Origin: Moniliella sp. 'wahieum'
Lineage: Eukaryota
DNA: 64,000 nucleotides
Assembly: GCA_003971905.1 (NCBI GenBank)
Contig: RSEE01000049.1
Location: forward strand, 310,001-374,000
Reading direction: 5' to 3'
Shown: positions 35,828-49,100 of the stretch, piece after piece
Numbering within the stretch: the stretch's first letter is position 1
Layout: the number at the start of each line of letters is the position of its first letter
Translations under genes and position numbers: made by a program
Notes under the pieces: generated by a model
What the model saw: only the letters and a program-made list of their open reading frames with translations
What the model was told of the DNA's origin: nothing
Database searches by the model: none

Positions 35828-37529
35828 ATGGTTCTCGTTCTCTTTGAGACGGCTGGTGCGTACGAGCCATCGCATCTGTGTTTTCAGGAGCTGACCACCG
35901 GACCGTTCAGTTGGCTTTTGTCTCTTCCAGCTCGCATCCCCCACGTCCGCTATCAAGAGCGGTGACCTGGCCAAGAAACTCAAGTCAGCCGACGATGCTG
36001 CCAGCCTGATTAAGCTCCAGGCCATTCATCGCTTCACCTCTACTGCCGAGGCGGTGCAGGATGCGTCTGACATTGGCGAGGGCAAGGTTTCCAAGTCGCT
36101 CAAGAAGTTCCTGACGGCCGAGATCAAGGACAAGGCGGCCAAAGGTGGACCAGAGCAGCTGGTTGTGATCGACCCCAAGCTGGGTGGAGCAATTAGCAAA
36201 AAAGTGGGGATCGACGTGTACTCGGACTCGTCGGTCATGGACTTGTACCGTGGTATTCGGGAGCACCTAGCTAGTCTTCTTTCGGCTTCGGGTGCAGCCG
36301 ATGGCTCGGGCGCCGTCGACTCCCGGGACATCTCGACCATGGCGCTGGGTCTGTCGCACAGCTTGTCGCGGTATAAGCTCAAGTTCAGCCCCGACAAGGT
36401 GGACACGATGATTGTTCAGGCCATTGGTCTGCTGGACGACTTGGACAAGGAAGTCAACATTTATGCCATGCGTGTCAAGGAATGGTACGGCTGGCACTTC
36501 CCTGAGATGGGCAAGATTGTGAATGACAATGTTGCCTATGCCAAGTCGATTCGCGCCATGGGATTCCGTACCAACGCGCATTCGACTGACTTTTCTGAGA
36601 TTCTCCCTACTGAGATCGAAGAGACTCTCAAGGCCGCTGCTGAGATCTCGATGGGCACAGAAATCTCCGAGTCGGATCTGGCTCACATCCAAGAACTTGC
36701 CGAGCAAGTCATTAACATCTCAGCCTACCGTGCACAGCTGTACAGCTACCTCCAACAACGCATGTCACACATTGCGCCTAACCTTACCGCCCTTGTAGGG
36801 GAGTTGGTCGGGCACGTCTCATTTCCCACGCAGGTTCGCTGATGAACTTGGCGAAGGCGCCAGCTTCAACGATCCAGATCCTTGGTGCCGAGAAGGCCCT
36901 CTTCCGTGCCCTCAAGACAAAGCACGACACGCCAAAGTATGGTCTGTTGTACCACGCCTCGCTTGTGGGACAAGCACCCAACAAGCTGAAGGGTAAGATG
37001 GCGCGTATGGTGGCGACCAAGACGGCGCTGTCGGTGCGCCTTGATGCTCTGGCGGATGATCAGACCGACGAAGCGCATGCTACATCGACCGGCAATGACA
37101 ACACGGGCCATGCATCAATTGGTATTGAAGCCCGCAATGTTCTGGAACACCGCCTCCACGCTCTTGAGAGCGGAAACTTCTCGGGCGCTCTCAAGAAGGA
37201 TCGGTCTTTTGGTGCGGCCAAGCAGAGCGCATACCAGCCTGAACTTTCCTCTGCCCCACGGACGTACAACGCGGGTGTTGACGCTCCAGTCACGCGCCGG
37301 CTGAGGAGGAGAAGAAGCTTTCCAAGGAGGAGCGGAAGGCAGCCAAAAAGGCTGCGAAGAAGGCAGCTAAGGAAGGAACGTGTCGATGGCTACGTCCGAG
37401 GCGGACGAGAGCAAGAAGCTTTCTAAGGAGGAACGCAAGGCCGCTAAGAAGGCCAAGAAGCGTGCCGCCGAGGAGGATGGGGATGAGAGCAAGACGGAGA
37501 AAAAGAAGAAGAGCAAGCACAGCGCTTGA
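35828..37529 (+). CDS. NOP58: Nucleolar protein 58 (box C/D snoRNP)
   Basis: MVLVLFET start. [100 protein letters not shown]-rich tail. Short intron near 35856-35910. Confidence 0.97.
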
Positions 37530-38908
37530 GGGTTTGTTCCAGGCCCACTTTCATCAATCCTTGCAATTCGTCTTCATCTCGCGGCCGCATGCCCCCCTCT
37601 GGCGGCGCCCCCCCATCCTAACTCCCATCCTAACCCCCATCCAACATCTATCAAAAACACCCAAGATGGCACCACCAGCGGGTCATGCGCTGCTGCATGC
37701 CCGTGTAATTGTATGTCTAGTCAATGACATTGACTTCCTCATAGTTAGGCAACGTCAAGGTAAACTGAAGTGGAAGGCAGGCGTTAACGGAGTTACAAGT
37801 ACCGCGTTCAATATGTAGCCTGCTGCCATGATGGAATCGAGACAGGAACAAGAAGAGTACGTCAGTGACGTGTAAAAAACAGAGGTTACGGTGTTGTGGC
37901 ATACTGTGGATAGATGCCTCGTATTTTGACTGCTTCCGTGACCCTGGTCCATGATTCATGGAATAGGCTTATGTGCGCGATAGTCCGTGCTGCATTCATT
38001 GTGGTGCGACGAAGCCTGTTCCCACGGGTATTTATACACCACGCCTGGACTTCGCAGCTCTCCAGTGCAGCTCCTGAGGGCATCCCCACAGAGTAGCTTG
38101 TCCATATTTTTGGCGCGGGGTGTTGCTCTTCGATTGTGGGTGTACACGAGACCGCTATGATGTTGGAGGCTGGTACGCGCGCGCAAGCACACGACATCTA
38201 TTTCGCCTTCCGTTTTCTTTGTGCTTATATTCGACACTTACGCCCTAATCAATTAAGCAATGCTTTTTACCAGCTGATCAGAGTTTCCTGCTTGTGTGGC
38301 TCTCTTATCATATAGTCAACACAGTAGCCGAGGGCATTTCATGGAAAGTCCACGGAGCAGTACTGAGGCTAAAGCAGGTGCTCACTTAATACTTAAGATA
38401 TAGGGTTGTCTTGGGCGCAGCGCTCAGCTGAGCGTTCACAGAACACTCGGATGCTCCCGTGTACTAAAGTTAAACCCGTAAGTCCCCTCTTTCAGATGAT
38501 GCTCAAAGCTAACTCGTATGGTACTTGTTGACCGATGAACCGTTGACCCCGTAGGAGGTCTAGTAGATCCATCACTCATAGCTACAGCATCACGCGGCTT
38601 CGGTTTGATGATGGGAATCTGGGTCCGTGTGCCATAATGCATAAGGTCTTGTTCGTGTACAACTGCCCCTCCAGTGCACACACCATCCGACCACATGAGC
38701 ACTACAAGGGATGATCGAGAGGGAAGGGTAGCATAGCAATACCAATGAGCGGTCTCAGCGCGCCGGTATGCGCATGGGGGGAGGGGGCGTGGGCCATCAC
38801 GCATCCGTCACTTAGTTGAACGCCCTCGGGGATTGAATATTGATACGACCAGGGGCACAATGCATGTGGAAAGCACGCCTTGTGCGAACTGGTCCAACCC
38901 ACAGTTTC

Positions 38909-39212
38909 CTACTTCTTTTTGTTCTTGTTATTGTCGGGAGAAACGGCCCAGCGGGCGGCAACTTCCTTAATGATTGCTGTAGGGTGAAGGTAGGGCTTCT
39001 CTGCTTGGACGACCGGAAACGTCTTTTTGACAAAGTGCGAGTACAGTGACATCGGACGCTTCGGCTTGTCCTGCAGGGTGGGGCCTTCTTGACGGGCACC
39101 AACGCTGGGGCTGAGAAGTGGACGCAGCGGATTATGCTGGCAGTGGACGCCGGGGGTACACAGCGGAGCGGCAGAGGGCAGGGACAAAGAGCATTGCGGA
39201 GGCAGTGACCAT
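38909..39212 (-). CDS. Small HMG-box (YABBY/HMG_box_2-like) protein, possible mitochondrial presequence
   Basis: KPKRPMSLYSHFVKKTFPVVQAEKPYLHPTAIIKEVAARWAVSPDN. TATA-like ATATAAA about 60 bp upstream. The N-terminus needs frameshift correction. Confidence 0.75.
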
Positions 39213-39633
39213 GGAGTAAGGTGGTGGTGGGGCAGGTCGAGAAGAGGCGGCGCACGCCGCACCGTCATTTATATCTGCTCTGTGGTCTGCCGAGCTACTT
39301 GAATCTGGGTCAGCGGCGTCCAACGGTGGGCGGGGCAGTATGTACCCCTCTGTCCCCAGGTTGGACGTTAATATATGACCCTCGCACATGTCACAACATC
39401 GTCACCCTCGTGTGTCACAATCTCGTCACCTCGTCATAATTGGGTGTGCATTCCATTCCGCCCGCTCTTCCTTCCGCCGCGCCCGCATGTCCGCCTGGAT
39501 GGGTTTCAAATTGCAAATCACCCCGTCTTTTCCGTTTTCGGGGTTAGGTGCTTGGCATTCGCCAGCTCGCCTCGCAAACTTTGGCCTTCTCTGCCTTTCT
39601 TGACCCCCACTTCCACCACCCCTTCTCTGCCCG

Positions 39634-40713
39634 ATGATCACGCGCGAAGAGCTTGCGGCACCCGTCGCGGCCGTATCGATCGCGTCCTGGATCCTCGTCT
39701 ACTCGCCCCAGCTATACGAGACATGGGCACGCAAATCCGGCGATGGTCTCAGCGTCACCTTCATTTTCATCTGGCTCGCCGCCGATGCGCTTAATGGCAT
39801 TGGCGCCTTTCAACAAAAACTGATGCCGTCGATGGTGGTGCTGGCTGTGTACTACTGCATCTGTGATCTGATTCTCCGTGGCAGTACTACTACTACCGTC
39901 ACCTGCAGCGCATGCGTGCGCGCAAGCACCTCCAAGCTCGTGCCCAAGCCAGTTTTGCCGACGAGTCCACGCCCTTGATTGTCGGTGCGACGGGCGAGGG
40001 GGACGAGGACGACTGGACGACGCGGATTTGGACATTGATTTGACGCACGACCTGGCTGCTGCTGCGGGCAGACGAGGATGTGGCGCATGCCTTGGCCGAG
40101 GACGAGGCGGCTGAAGCGGCCGAGGCACAGCAGTGGTGGATCCCTCTGCTCAAGTACCTGGCTGCTATTTTTTCGTCGTCTGCTCTGGCTTGACCGTGTG
40201 GGCTCTCAGCCCCGCCCCAGGTGATGTGGAGCCCATCTCGATTGCACTGCATGAAGGGCGGAATGGCGTTGGGATGCTCAGGTGGCCGGATGGATCAGCG
40301 CCGTGCTGTACCTCACTTCGCGTATCCCTCAGATCCTGCTCAACCGCAAGACCCACTGCGAGGGTCTGAGCATGGCTCTGTTTTATTTACAGTTTTGGCC
40401 AACGGCACTTATGTCGCTGTACGTGTTCCCTACGATGGGATCTGAGACGAGCCACCTGGCCAAAAGCTGTACGCTGACCCTTTTTTTGGAAGAGCACTAC
40501 TCAAATCGACCGAGCGGTGGTGGGTGATGGAAACCTATCGTGGATCGTGGGCTCGCTGGGGGACGCTGTTATCGATATTTTGTGTTGGGGCAGTTCATCT
40601 ACTATGCCCCGCTCCGGCGCCACGAGGAGCACCTGGCCAAGCGCCGCCGTATCCTCCTCAAAGCCCGGGCGCGCCAACGCCAGCGCGCTGCTGCCAACGA
40701 GTCGGCAGCCTAA
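39634..40713 (+). CDS. PQ-loop repeat vacuolar amino-acid transporter (Ypq1/PQLC2-like)
   Basis: SWILVYSPQLYETWARKSGDGLSVTFIFIWLAAD and GWISAVLYLTSRIPQILLNRKTHCEGLSMALF; WIVGSLG. Confidence 0.9.
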
Positions 40714-41227
40714 TGACCTCTCGGGCTATGCTCTTTCATCTCACTTTTGTGCACTGTCTGTACGATCTTGTCTGTACCGTCCCTCACCATATTAGTCATT
40801 GCCCTGCATTTTCACCATCGGGTACTCTGATAGAGGGGCCAGCCGTCGGACTGAGAGGCCAACTCGCTAGCGCACTTCCCTACTAGATCACATTTGGTCT
40901 CGTGAGAGAAGGACGTGAAAGTGGGTGTCGTCGCTATGGGTTACACGACCGCCAGGGCCGGGGGAGGCGCTGGCATGCTGACATAAGTGGGGGGTACTGT
41001 CCAGGGGTAACCTCAACGTTATAATCAGCAGTGCCCGCTTCCTCGGCCAGTCTACTAACCGCTAGCACGCCCAGTGGAGGGGGCAGTGGGGGCTTGGCTG
41101 GGCCGAATGGCGCAGAGCAGGCAGGGCGAGTCTGGTCCCTTGCCATTGCAGCGGGCGAGGGGTAGATGCATTGGTTGGCTCCTCCACCACCTCTCTCTCT
41201 CTCTCTCCCTTCCACCTTGCCCCCGCA

Positions 41228-42270
41228 ATGGGAGAGTCGCGCACCGAGCTGATTGCCTGGCTCAACGAGCTTCTCGGCCTGGGCTACACCAAGTCGAGCA
41301 GTGTGGAGGGGGCGGCGTATGCTCAAATCATCGACTCCATCTACGGTTCGTCTCTGATCTGCATTGCTGATCGCTCATGCGTGTCTTCCCTTCCCCACAG
41401 CACAAATGCTGACCTATAATACGCTGTACCAGGCAACGTGCCCATGTCCAAGATCAACTGGAACGCGAAGCAAGAGTACGAGTACTTGGGCAACTACAAG
41501 GTTCTCCAAGAAGTGTTTAAGCGCAACAAGATTGCCAAGCCGATCCCGGTCGAGCGGTGACCAAATGCAAGATGCAGGACAACCTCGAGTGGCTCCAATG
41601 GAGCAAGGTATGTCCTCCTACTTTTCCCCTGCCTTTCTCGATCAAGGACAAAAGCTAACCCACACAGAGGTCTGGGACAGCAACTTCCCAGGGGGAGAAT
41701 ACGATGCCGAGAGCCGTCGACACGGCGCGGTGGCGGGCGCGCATCGCCAGCTGGGCATGCGGCTGGTGGTCATGGCCGTCTGACTGCCGGCCGAGCGCCG
41801 GGGGGCGCAGGGCTGGTGCCGGAACAAGGGCTCGGTCGCCTGTCTCTCCCTCTGCTCGTCGCCCCGGCGCTGCGTCCGCCCGCCGTCGACTCGGCAGCAG
41901 CCGGGCGGCCAGCAGCAGCATGAACAGGATGCAGCGGTTGGCCTCGTTGACGGAAGAGGTGGATGATGCGGGCCAATGTGGCGACGATTGAGCGAGAGCG
42001 CGACTTTTATTTTGACAAGCTTCGTGAGATTGAGATTTTGGTGACGGAGCGACTGGGGCAGGTCGCAAGTTCTGGACACTCGAAGGACGAAGTGGCATCC
42101 TCACCCAACTTCAGACTATCATGTACGCACGGACGAAGGGTTTGCCGTGGAAGGCGAGGAACAGGTGAGTCTTGCGTGATGATCAAGGTGGGAGTTCACT
42201 GTGGGAAACTGGCACAGAGGCTGACGGAAGGTCGAAACAGGGCGCGGTGGATGAAGAACAGATGTTCTGA
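41228..42270 (+). CDS. BIM1: EB1-family microtubule plus-end binding protein (Bim1/Mal3/Peb1)
   Basis: MGESRTELIAWLNELL, AAYAQIIDSIYG, EYEYLGNYKVLQEVF, KCKMQDNLEWLQW, IERERDFYFDKLREIEIL, C-terminal DEEQMF*. Several short introns. Confidence 0.95.
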
Positions 42271-44244
42271 TCCCTCCTCTCTGTGCAGCCATCGCTAGGC
42301 ATCTCATTCTTCGATCCCAATCCCCAATGCCTCCCAGCAGCTCTTGAATACCTTCATCCATTACCCTTGCAAACATCTTTCTCGGGCAATTTGTCCACAA
42401 TGCGTAGAGCATGTGATACGTCCAGGAGGATTTTTTTTCGCGTCCTCACTGTTGGCCTCCTACAACGCCACATCAATCATGCCAGGGTCATTGAAATCTC
42501 AACGTTCAATCCTCAGCTAGTGTGGGGGTTATACTGTACCACTTACGATGAGGGCGAGTGGCGCCCTGGGTTGACGTTCGTCATCGAGATGTGAGATTTT
42601 GGATGTGTGTATAGTCGGAGGAAGATGAAGGGGAAAGGGAGAGGGATATATAGCAACGAAGAGTTTTACATTATGTAAGTGACTTGCAGGCCAAGGACGA
42701 GTGGAGGCCAAAGTGACGAGGAGGAGAAAGAAATGGAACAAGGAAAGCGGGGGCTAGGGGCTACCTATGGATTGACGGCTCTAAGATCGAAGAGAGACAA
42801 ACTGTCCTCTCGGTCCCTGTCAACACACTAAATGAATGACAAGACTGTCACAAGATTGTGCTCCTGTTCCAAAGTGCATGTGGCGATCACCATGCCAGGT
42901 GCTTGCACGGGGACTCGCTTGTCCTACACACTTCGTCCACACTACTATGGATGTTGTGTTATAATAGTAGCAACATGGATATTCTCCTCCAATGAATACA
43001 TGAGAGATGGGTGTGGTCGAGGGCACAGGCGGCAGTCCGACTCGGAAACGTCTGACCAGGCCACAATCGAAGCGTACGTTCTTGTCCAGAAGGCGGAGGA
43101 GGCGATCCCCTGCATCTCACCTCTGGTTAAAACAACTAACTTGAAACGCGGCTTTGCTCCTATTGGACCCGGTCCGTTGTGCTAGGCATCTGGCTTACCT
43201 CGGTCACCACCGCGCAGGCGCAAGTCGTTGACTCCACGCGCAACAGGGGCACAGCCGCCATTCCACTTCCACTTGTGTCTCCACTTGCATCCCCTCCTGT
43301 CCCGCACCGTTCTATAAGACGGACCCCGCGGCCCCTCTCGAACACCGATCCTCAGCGCCGGCATCTCATCCAACCAAGGCAACGGAACCCACGGCTTGTC
43401 CTATTCTCCAGCGCTCGCATCTCATCGGCGGTAGCAGTAACGCAGGCGGCGAGGGGAGGCGGAGACACAAGCGGTAGGGAAAACGGATGAGTCTCTAGCA
43501 GAACCATAAGTCTCCCGCCAGGCACCTGACACCGAATTGGATTGTGACGTGTTGTGCTATAAGGGAGCGATCAAGCTCCTTCCACCACCCTCGGTCGCAG
43601 ATGGCGGACGGCGGAGCCAAGATATATAGTGACGGAATCCTGTCTCCGCGATCGTTCCTCAGATCGAGGATGGCAGTGCCGAGAGCAGTTGCACTGCCAG
43701 GCGTAGCGCAAGTGGAGTGGAAAAAGTGGAAGTGGAAACACAAGTGGGAACAGAAAAGAAGAAGCAACACAAGTGGAAGCACAAGTGGATGTAGATGCGA
43801 ATTGGTTCGCAGGACCCCAAGTATCGCGGCGCAAACATGTGTGGCACACGCTTGCGCCGGGGCGGGCGTGGGGGGTGGGGTACACGAGAGCTGGAGTGAG
43901 CAGGCTGGGAGGTTCTTGTGGGCTGTGGGTTGCGACGAGACTCGGACCAAGGGGAGGAATTGGACGCGGTCGCACGCGCGACCGCTCCTTCGGTCCCTTT
44001 TTCCTTTTCACGAACGCTTTGTGCTCTGTTATCCATGCTCGCATATCCTATGTGGGGCTCTCTGACCCCGGTGCTGTGGGTTCCACTTTTCTTTAGAGTC
44101 TTTATTGTTCTGTACAGGTTGTGGGCATAAAGTAAGTGCTAGTCTGAGTCTACCGTTCATATAGCCGTGAAGCGCTCGAAACGGGGCTGTTCAGCGTAAG
44201 ATTAAATGGTGGAGAAATATGAAACAAGGGCACTGTCCAACAAG

Positions 44245-44324
44245 GGCCTCTTGGCGCAGCGGTAGCGCGTGAGATTCAGTTCCTGGCTTCCTCAAGGTCA
44301 TCCGTTCAAATCGGGTAGGGGTCA
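44245..44324 (+). tRNA. tRNA-Trp-like gene with short intron; anticodon as written is CAG (CCA if one C was dropped)
   Basis: Acceptor stem GGCCTCT/AGGGGTC+A. D-arm GCGC-AGCGGTA-GCGC. T-arm ATCCG-TTCAAAT-CGGGT. Followed by a T6 Pol III terminator. The body resembles eukaryotic tRNA-Trp. Confidence 0.85.
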
Positions 44325-46179
44325 TCTTTTTTGCGTCCTCCCAAATTTCTTGTTTACCACTCTTCTGCTTAAATAGAGCCGTCTTCGGGCGTCCCCCGGC
44401 CTTTGAGTCAACGATACTCAGCATTTCATTGTCCACCATTCATAACACTAGCCATGAGTAAGCATACATAATAGTCACGTTCAACATTGGTTTTCTCTCA
44501 GTCTGTTGTGGTGACGACGGCACGCTTGCAGTGTGCTATATATGCCAACCGCCAAACCAAAAACTGCCAAGATGATGCCAAAAGATGATGAAAACAGAGT
44601 CTCATCGCTATGTCTGACACACCGGTTGGGAAAGTGAGAAATATACATAACACATATAACTGATGGAGCAATAATGGAGGGAATAGGCTGCTGAAGCGAG
44701 CCGTCTTGAACCACACGCAGTACTCTCTGATTTTTGTCTTTTCTGACCTCTCTCGGTTAGTCAAGACAGATGGATTGTCGAAGATCGTTCCGTCTGAATC
44801 GCTATAACCACACGCAGCTTGCATGATGCTCAGAAACTTCTTTCACGGTCTATAATGGTCGAAATATGGGCACAGCCTTTTGTTCCCTCCGTCGAACAAC
44901 AAAAACATCCCACAAGCCTTCTCTTTTCTTTCTTGTGGGCACACAACTACATGCTATTCGCACACAGATGGCACCATGGACACACTACAATACTACCGTG
45001 GCACGACTTGATGGCTCATCGCTCATCGGCTGCACGATTCGAGCTCCTTCATCAACAGTGCTTCGGTAACTATAGTAACTCTTCACATAATTTTGGATGT
45101 CGTGCGGTGGAAAATGAATAATGGTGCCACCATGGAACTAAGAATTGAACGCAGGACTGAACGCAGGGCTGCTAATGAACGTAAAACTGTGGATGAAGTT
45201 TGCACCAATGGAAACTGAGTGCACTAGGTTCACTATGAGGCCGGGAGGATGGAGAGTATAACACTCATAGATATATTTTGCTCATAAGAACTGTGTGAAA
45301 GAATCGGCTGAGGGCAGTGCACATGCAGGATGATCGATGATCTAACTGAGCGCTTTAACAATTTTATACTCGCAAATCCTCATTCACGCCGTGGATACAG
45401 ATTGTGGTGTGACGAGGAGACCACCAACAACGAAAGAGAACAGATAGAACAGAGGGATAAAGGGAAGTAGCTTGTGCGGCAGCGCGTGGCATCGAGAATG
45501 GCCCCGTGTTTGAGACCACGGTGCAAAAGAACAAGTCGTCCGTTCGCCATGCAGAGAGAGAGTACGGTGGTATGGTCCCCGTTAGCGGATAAGATATTCC
45601 AGCGATGTGGCCGATATAGCCATGGAAGTGTTGCCACATCATGCATCACTCCTCACAATCTCCTAAAGGAAAGGCCGATGGCCAGAAATGGGATTCATCA
45701 GTTCACTATCAAGTATCCGAGTACCGACGATGACCACTCATTCAGTACAGGCAACTCCTCATGCTCTTAGTCGTCTTTCTACTCCCTGCCTAGTCCACCA
45801 GCTCCCGTCCTCAGCTCTTCGTTCCTCAGTCCTCCCAGTCCGTGTGTGTCTTCCCCGTGCCACGTCGAAGCCCAGCTCAGTTCACCCGCTTGTGATACTG
45901 CCTACAGCCACGCCCCCAGTCCCAGTCAGTTCCAGTTTAGCAGCGCAGGTCCTCCGCTGCCTCATCCCTTTCCTGTACCACGAATGCTTCAGACGCGCTA
46001 CTGCGCCCAAGCCGGTGCTACGCAGCTTTGTCACATGCACCGCATCTGCACAGCCGCCTCTTTCTGCTATACGCCGAGAGGCCTTTTCTAGTCCCTAGCT
46101 CCGCTCGGATCCACAAATCAGCTCAAGCGCATAACTACCGTGAGTCGACCTTCCGTAATTAGGGGATTGAACCCCGTAC

Positions 46180-49100
46180 AACTATTTCCTGGGTGAGCGG
46201 TGAGCGCTGAGCCTCAGCCCCCTGGCGGGGGGCCCGCCCGTGACATTTTACCCGATTCACCCAGTGATGGAGACAGTTGGATGGGTGGAAGGTAGACACA
46301 CGGGACACGTCAAAACGCACCACGGATGGTGAGTTGTGTAGACGTATACTTGGTGGCGCGAGGGGCCGAGGTTGTGATGAATGCTGGGTGCTGGGGGATG
46401 GTTGGTGGTAGTGCTAAGCATGTTACATGATGTCTTTCATTATGCTACGTTGCTCCTGCCAACCGTGACGCGCTGCATATCCTCGGCTAAAGCCAACGCC
46501 GATGAGCAAGCGGCGCAGGGAAGCCCTGACCGTGATCGGTGGCCGGACTGGGTACTGGTTTGTGATGTGCGACATGTGACCGGTGATCTCAGGCAGAGAA
46601 CTGTGAGGTAGTGAGACAAGGCTCACTCAGGTCCAACGTCCGGCTCGAGCAGGTACCTACCCTCGGACCAACCCTCAGGCCCTGAGACTCCTCAGGCCTG
46701 AGGCCCGATGCATGATGTCTGATGCACCTGATGATACAAATGTAAACATCCTGTGCCTGAGTACCTGAATACACCCTATCGAGTGGGGCAAAAGGATCTC
46801 TGTGCTGCTTTGCTCCGTCGCTCAGTATACTGAACTCAGTATGCCGGTCCTTCGGCGCATTTTCGGGATTTCCAGGTTCAAGTGAAGCTTAGGGTTATTA
46901 ATGTGGACAGAAAGTGCTAGCGAGTCACCCGGTCGACCCGAACACCCCGGTCACCGGTCACCGCGCCCGAACAGCCAAAGTGACGTGTGACGTGTGACGT
47001 GTGATCGATTATCGATTCTCGAGATTATCACCGGCACCAATCATCTGAACGATGTCGATGTTCCTTTCGTAATAGGTAGCCTCTCCGGCCTCAGACTGGG
47101 GCCTCAGGCCCCTCAGGCTACCTCAGAGTGAGCTTCAGGCTGAAGCTTGAGTAGCGCTGAACGCCTGAGCCTAAGCCAGCTGGCTAGCTCAAGCTCAAGG
47201 GTCAAAAGCTCTCAGGTCAGAGCCAGCTTCAAGCTCTCAGATCTCGCCAGCTTCAAGCCATCAGATCTCGCCAGCTTCAAGCGCCGCTGTCACGGAAATC
47301 ATTAATCAAGCTCAAGCTCAAGTGGCCTCTTCCTGAGATGTCACATGTCACATAGGAAGCGGCCCCTTCCGGAGACGTCACATGCTTACTTCCGGTGCTG
47401 TGGAACAGGCCTATACAGTTCAAGTGCGGCACTAGAGTGACGAGGTATGTGACCATGTGACGCAGGTGACTTTAGTGACTCGTGCAACGAGCACCTACCC
47501 AATACCGTCCTCATTTTCAGGAGCGTCACATAACTCCTTACCGGGTTACATATTCATGTCACATGTCACCATGTCACCGGTCCCGCCGGCTTTCCGACAA
47601 AAAAAACCACTCTCTGGTCTAAGATCTGATGCAGATTATCAACAGTTTCCAGATCTCAGAGGCCTGTACATACACGTTATATGGCCATCTATACCGTGAA
47701 AAACGTCCAAAGTTCGTAAGTGACTAGTAGTGACATCAAGAGGATGATCTGGTGTCGCATCTACTCTCTTGCCCGCTCTGCGCGCACCAAGCTCCGAGAG
47801 ATGTCGTATCTCAGCCTGAAAGCGCTAAAGTTCACCTGCTCAGCCACTCAGCTACGTCCGGTTCGCTCATCAGTGCTACTTCCGTCAGCTTATTGCTAAC
47901 AGAATGATTTGGTGCAGGGTACACACGGGTGTCTAGACAGTTGTGGGTGCGAAGCGTGAAGCTGTGAGGCTGTAGAGCTTCAAGTGAAGGCACATGTTGC
48001 AGCATAGAGTGAGTATACGGACGAGATGATCACTACACGGACTCCGTGGACGTATAGCGTATACGCCTGAGGTTTTTACATTATCCATCAAGAGAAAATG
48101 ACACATAAGATGTTAACGTGATCCACGGTGTGTGGACTTTCATCCCATTGGGGGACCTGGCAAGGGGATGGTCTAATTCTGCTCAACGTTCGATCGGCGA
48201 ATATACTTTCAGCCCCGATGGAGAGCTTCATAAGAAGTGCCCTAGTGCTCTATCCAGGAACATTATGACGAGTCCCCCACAAACGATAGCCAAAGCTCGT
48301 TCATGTTGCCGTTACGTATTACTTGTTACACTCAATGAAAAAAAGGTGATGAAAGAGGATCATCCTCCCGAGGTTGTGTGGAGACGGTTACATGTTACAT
48401 GTAACCGATTATACGACCGCTGTGTTGATGGCACCATGGGAGAGTGTGACATGTCAGTCTCAGTAAGTATATCCCTCATCCGAGTCTCACCAAAGTATCG
48501 GGGATACTACAGTTACAGCTGTGCGCGCCCCTGAGGCTCAGGGCGCTCAGGCCTCAGGCCTGATGGGCCTGATCGATGTCTGATGATCGATGAACCTTGA
48601 GCGGCTGAGCGCTGAGCCTCAGCTACACTCGGCCGTTGCACTGATGCGTGGCACAATACTCTCAAAGGATTAAGGACTGGAGGATGCAATAATATATGCG
48701 GAAAAATCGGAAGAACCCCCTAAATCAAAGGTTCATGCTCACATGCGTCATGAAGGGAAGCCTAGCGAAGCTCGAAGCTTGAAGCCCCCTGAGGCCCTCA
48801 CCTGAGGCCTGGCCTGAGTTACGAAGCTTAAGGCCTGAGGCTGGAAGCTTGAAGCTTAAAGTGACTGAATATAGGCCAGGTGATACATGATGCATGACGT
48901 CTTGTGGGGGCCCGAGGCAGTGGAAAAGATCTGTGGGGCTGAGGCGCTGCGTCGCTTATGAGGCTCTGGATGAGCGCTCAGCTCAGGCTGAGCCCTGAAG
49001 GTGAGGGGCCTGCGCTCAGACCCAGGGATCAAGCACTGTGTACTGATGCGTTGAAGCTCTCTCTGAGAGATCTGAGATCTGTGAGATCTGTGAGATCTGT

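Noticed and set aside
37610..37645. CCCATCCTAAC repeats resembling telomeric sequence
   Set aside because: Only about 3 imperfect units and not TTAGGG; low-complexity 3' UTR sequence.
40800..41100. GC-rich spacer considered as a structured ncRNA (SRP, RNase P/MRP, U3)
   Set aside because: None of the diagnostic conserved motifs could be identified by eye; an Infernal/Rfam scan would be needed.
43260..43790. Inverted CCACTT / AAGTGG-rich segments about 430 bp apart (possible MITE or gene)
   Set aside because: Low-complexity and imperfect, with no TSD; no convincing ORF identity.
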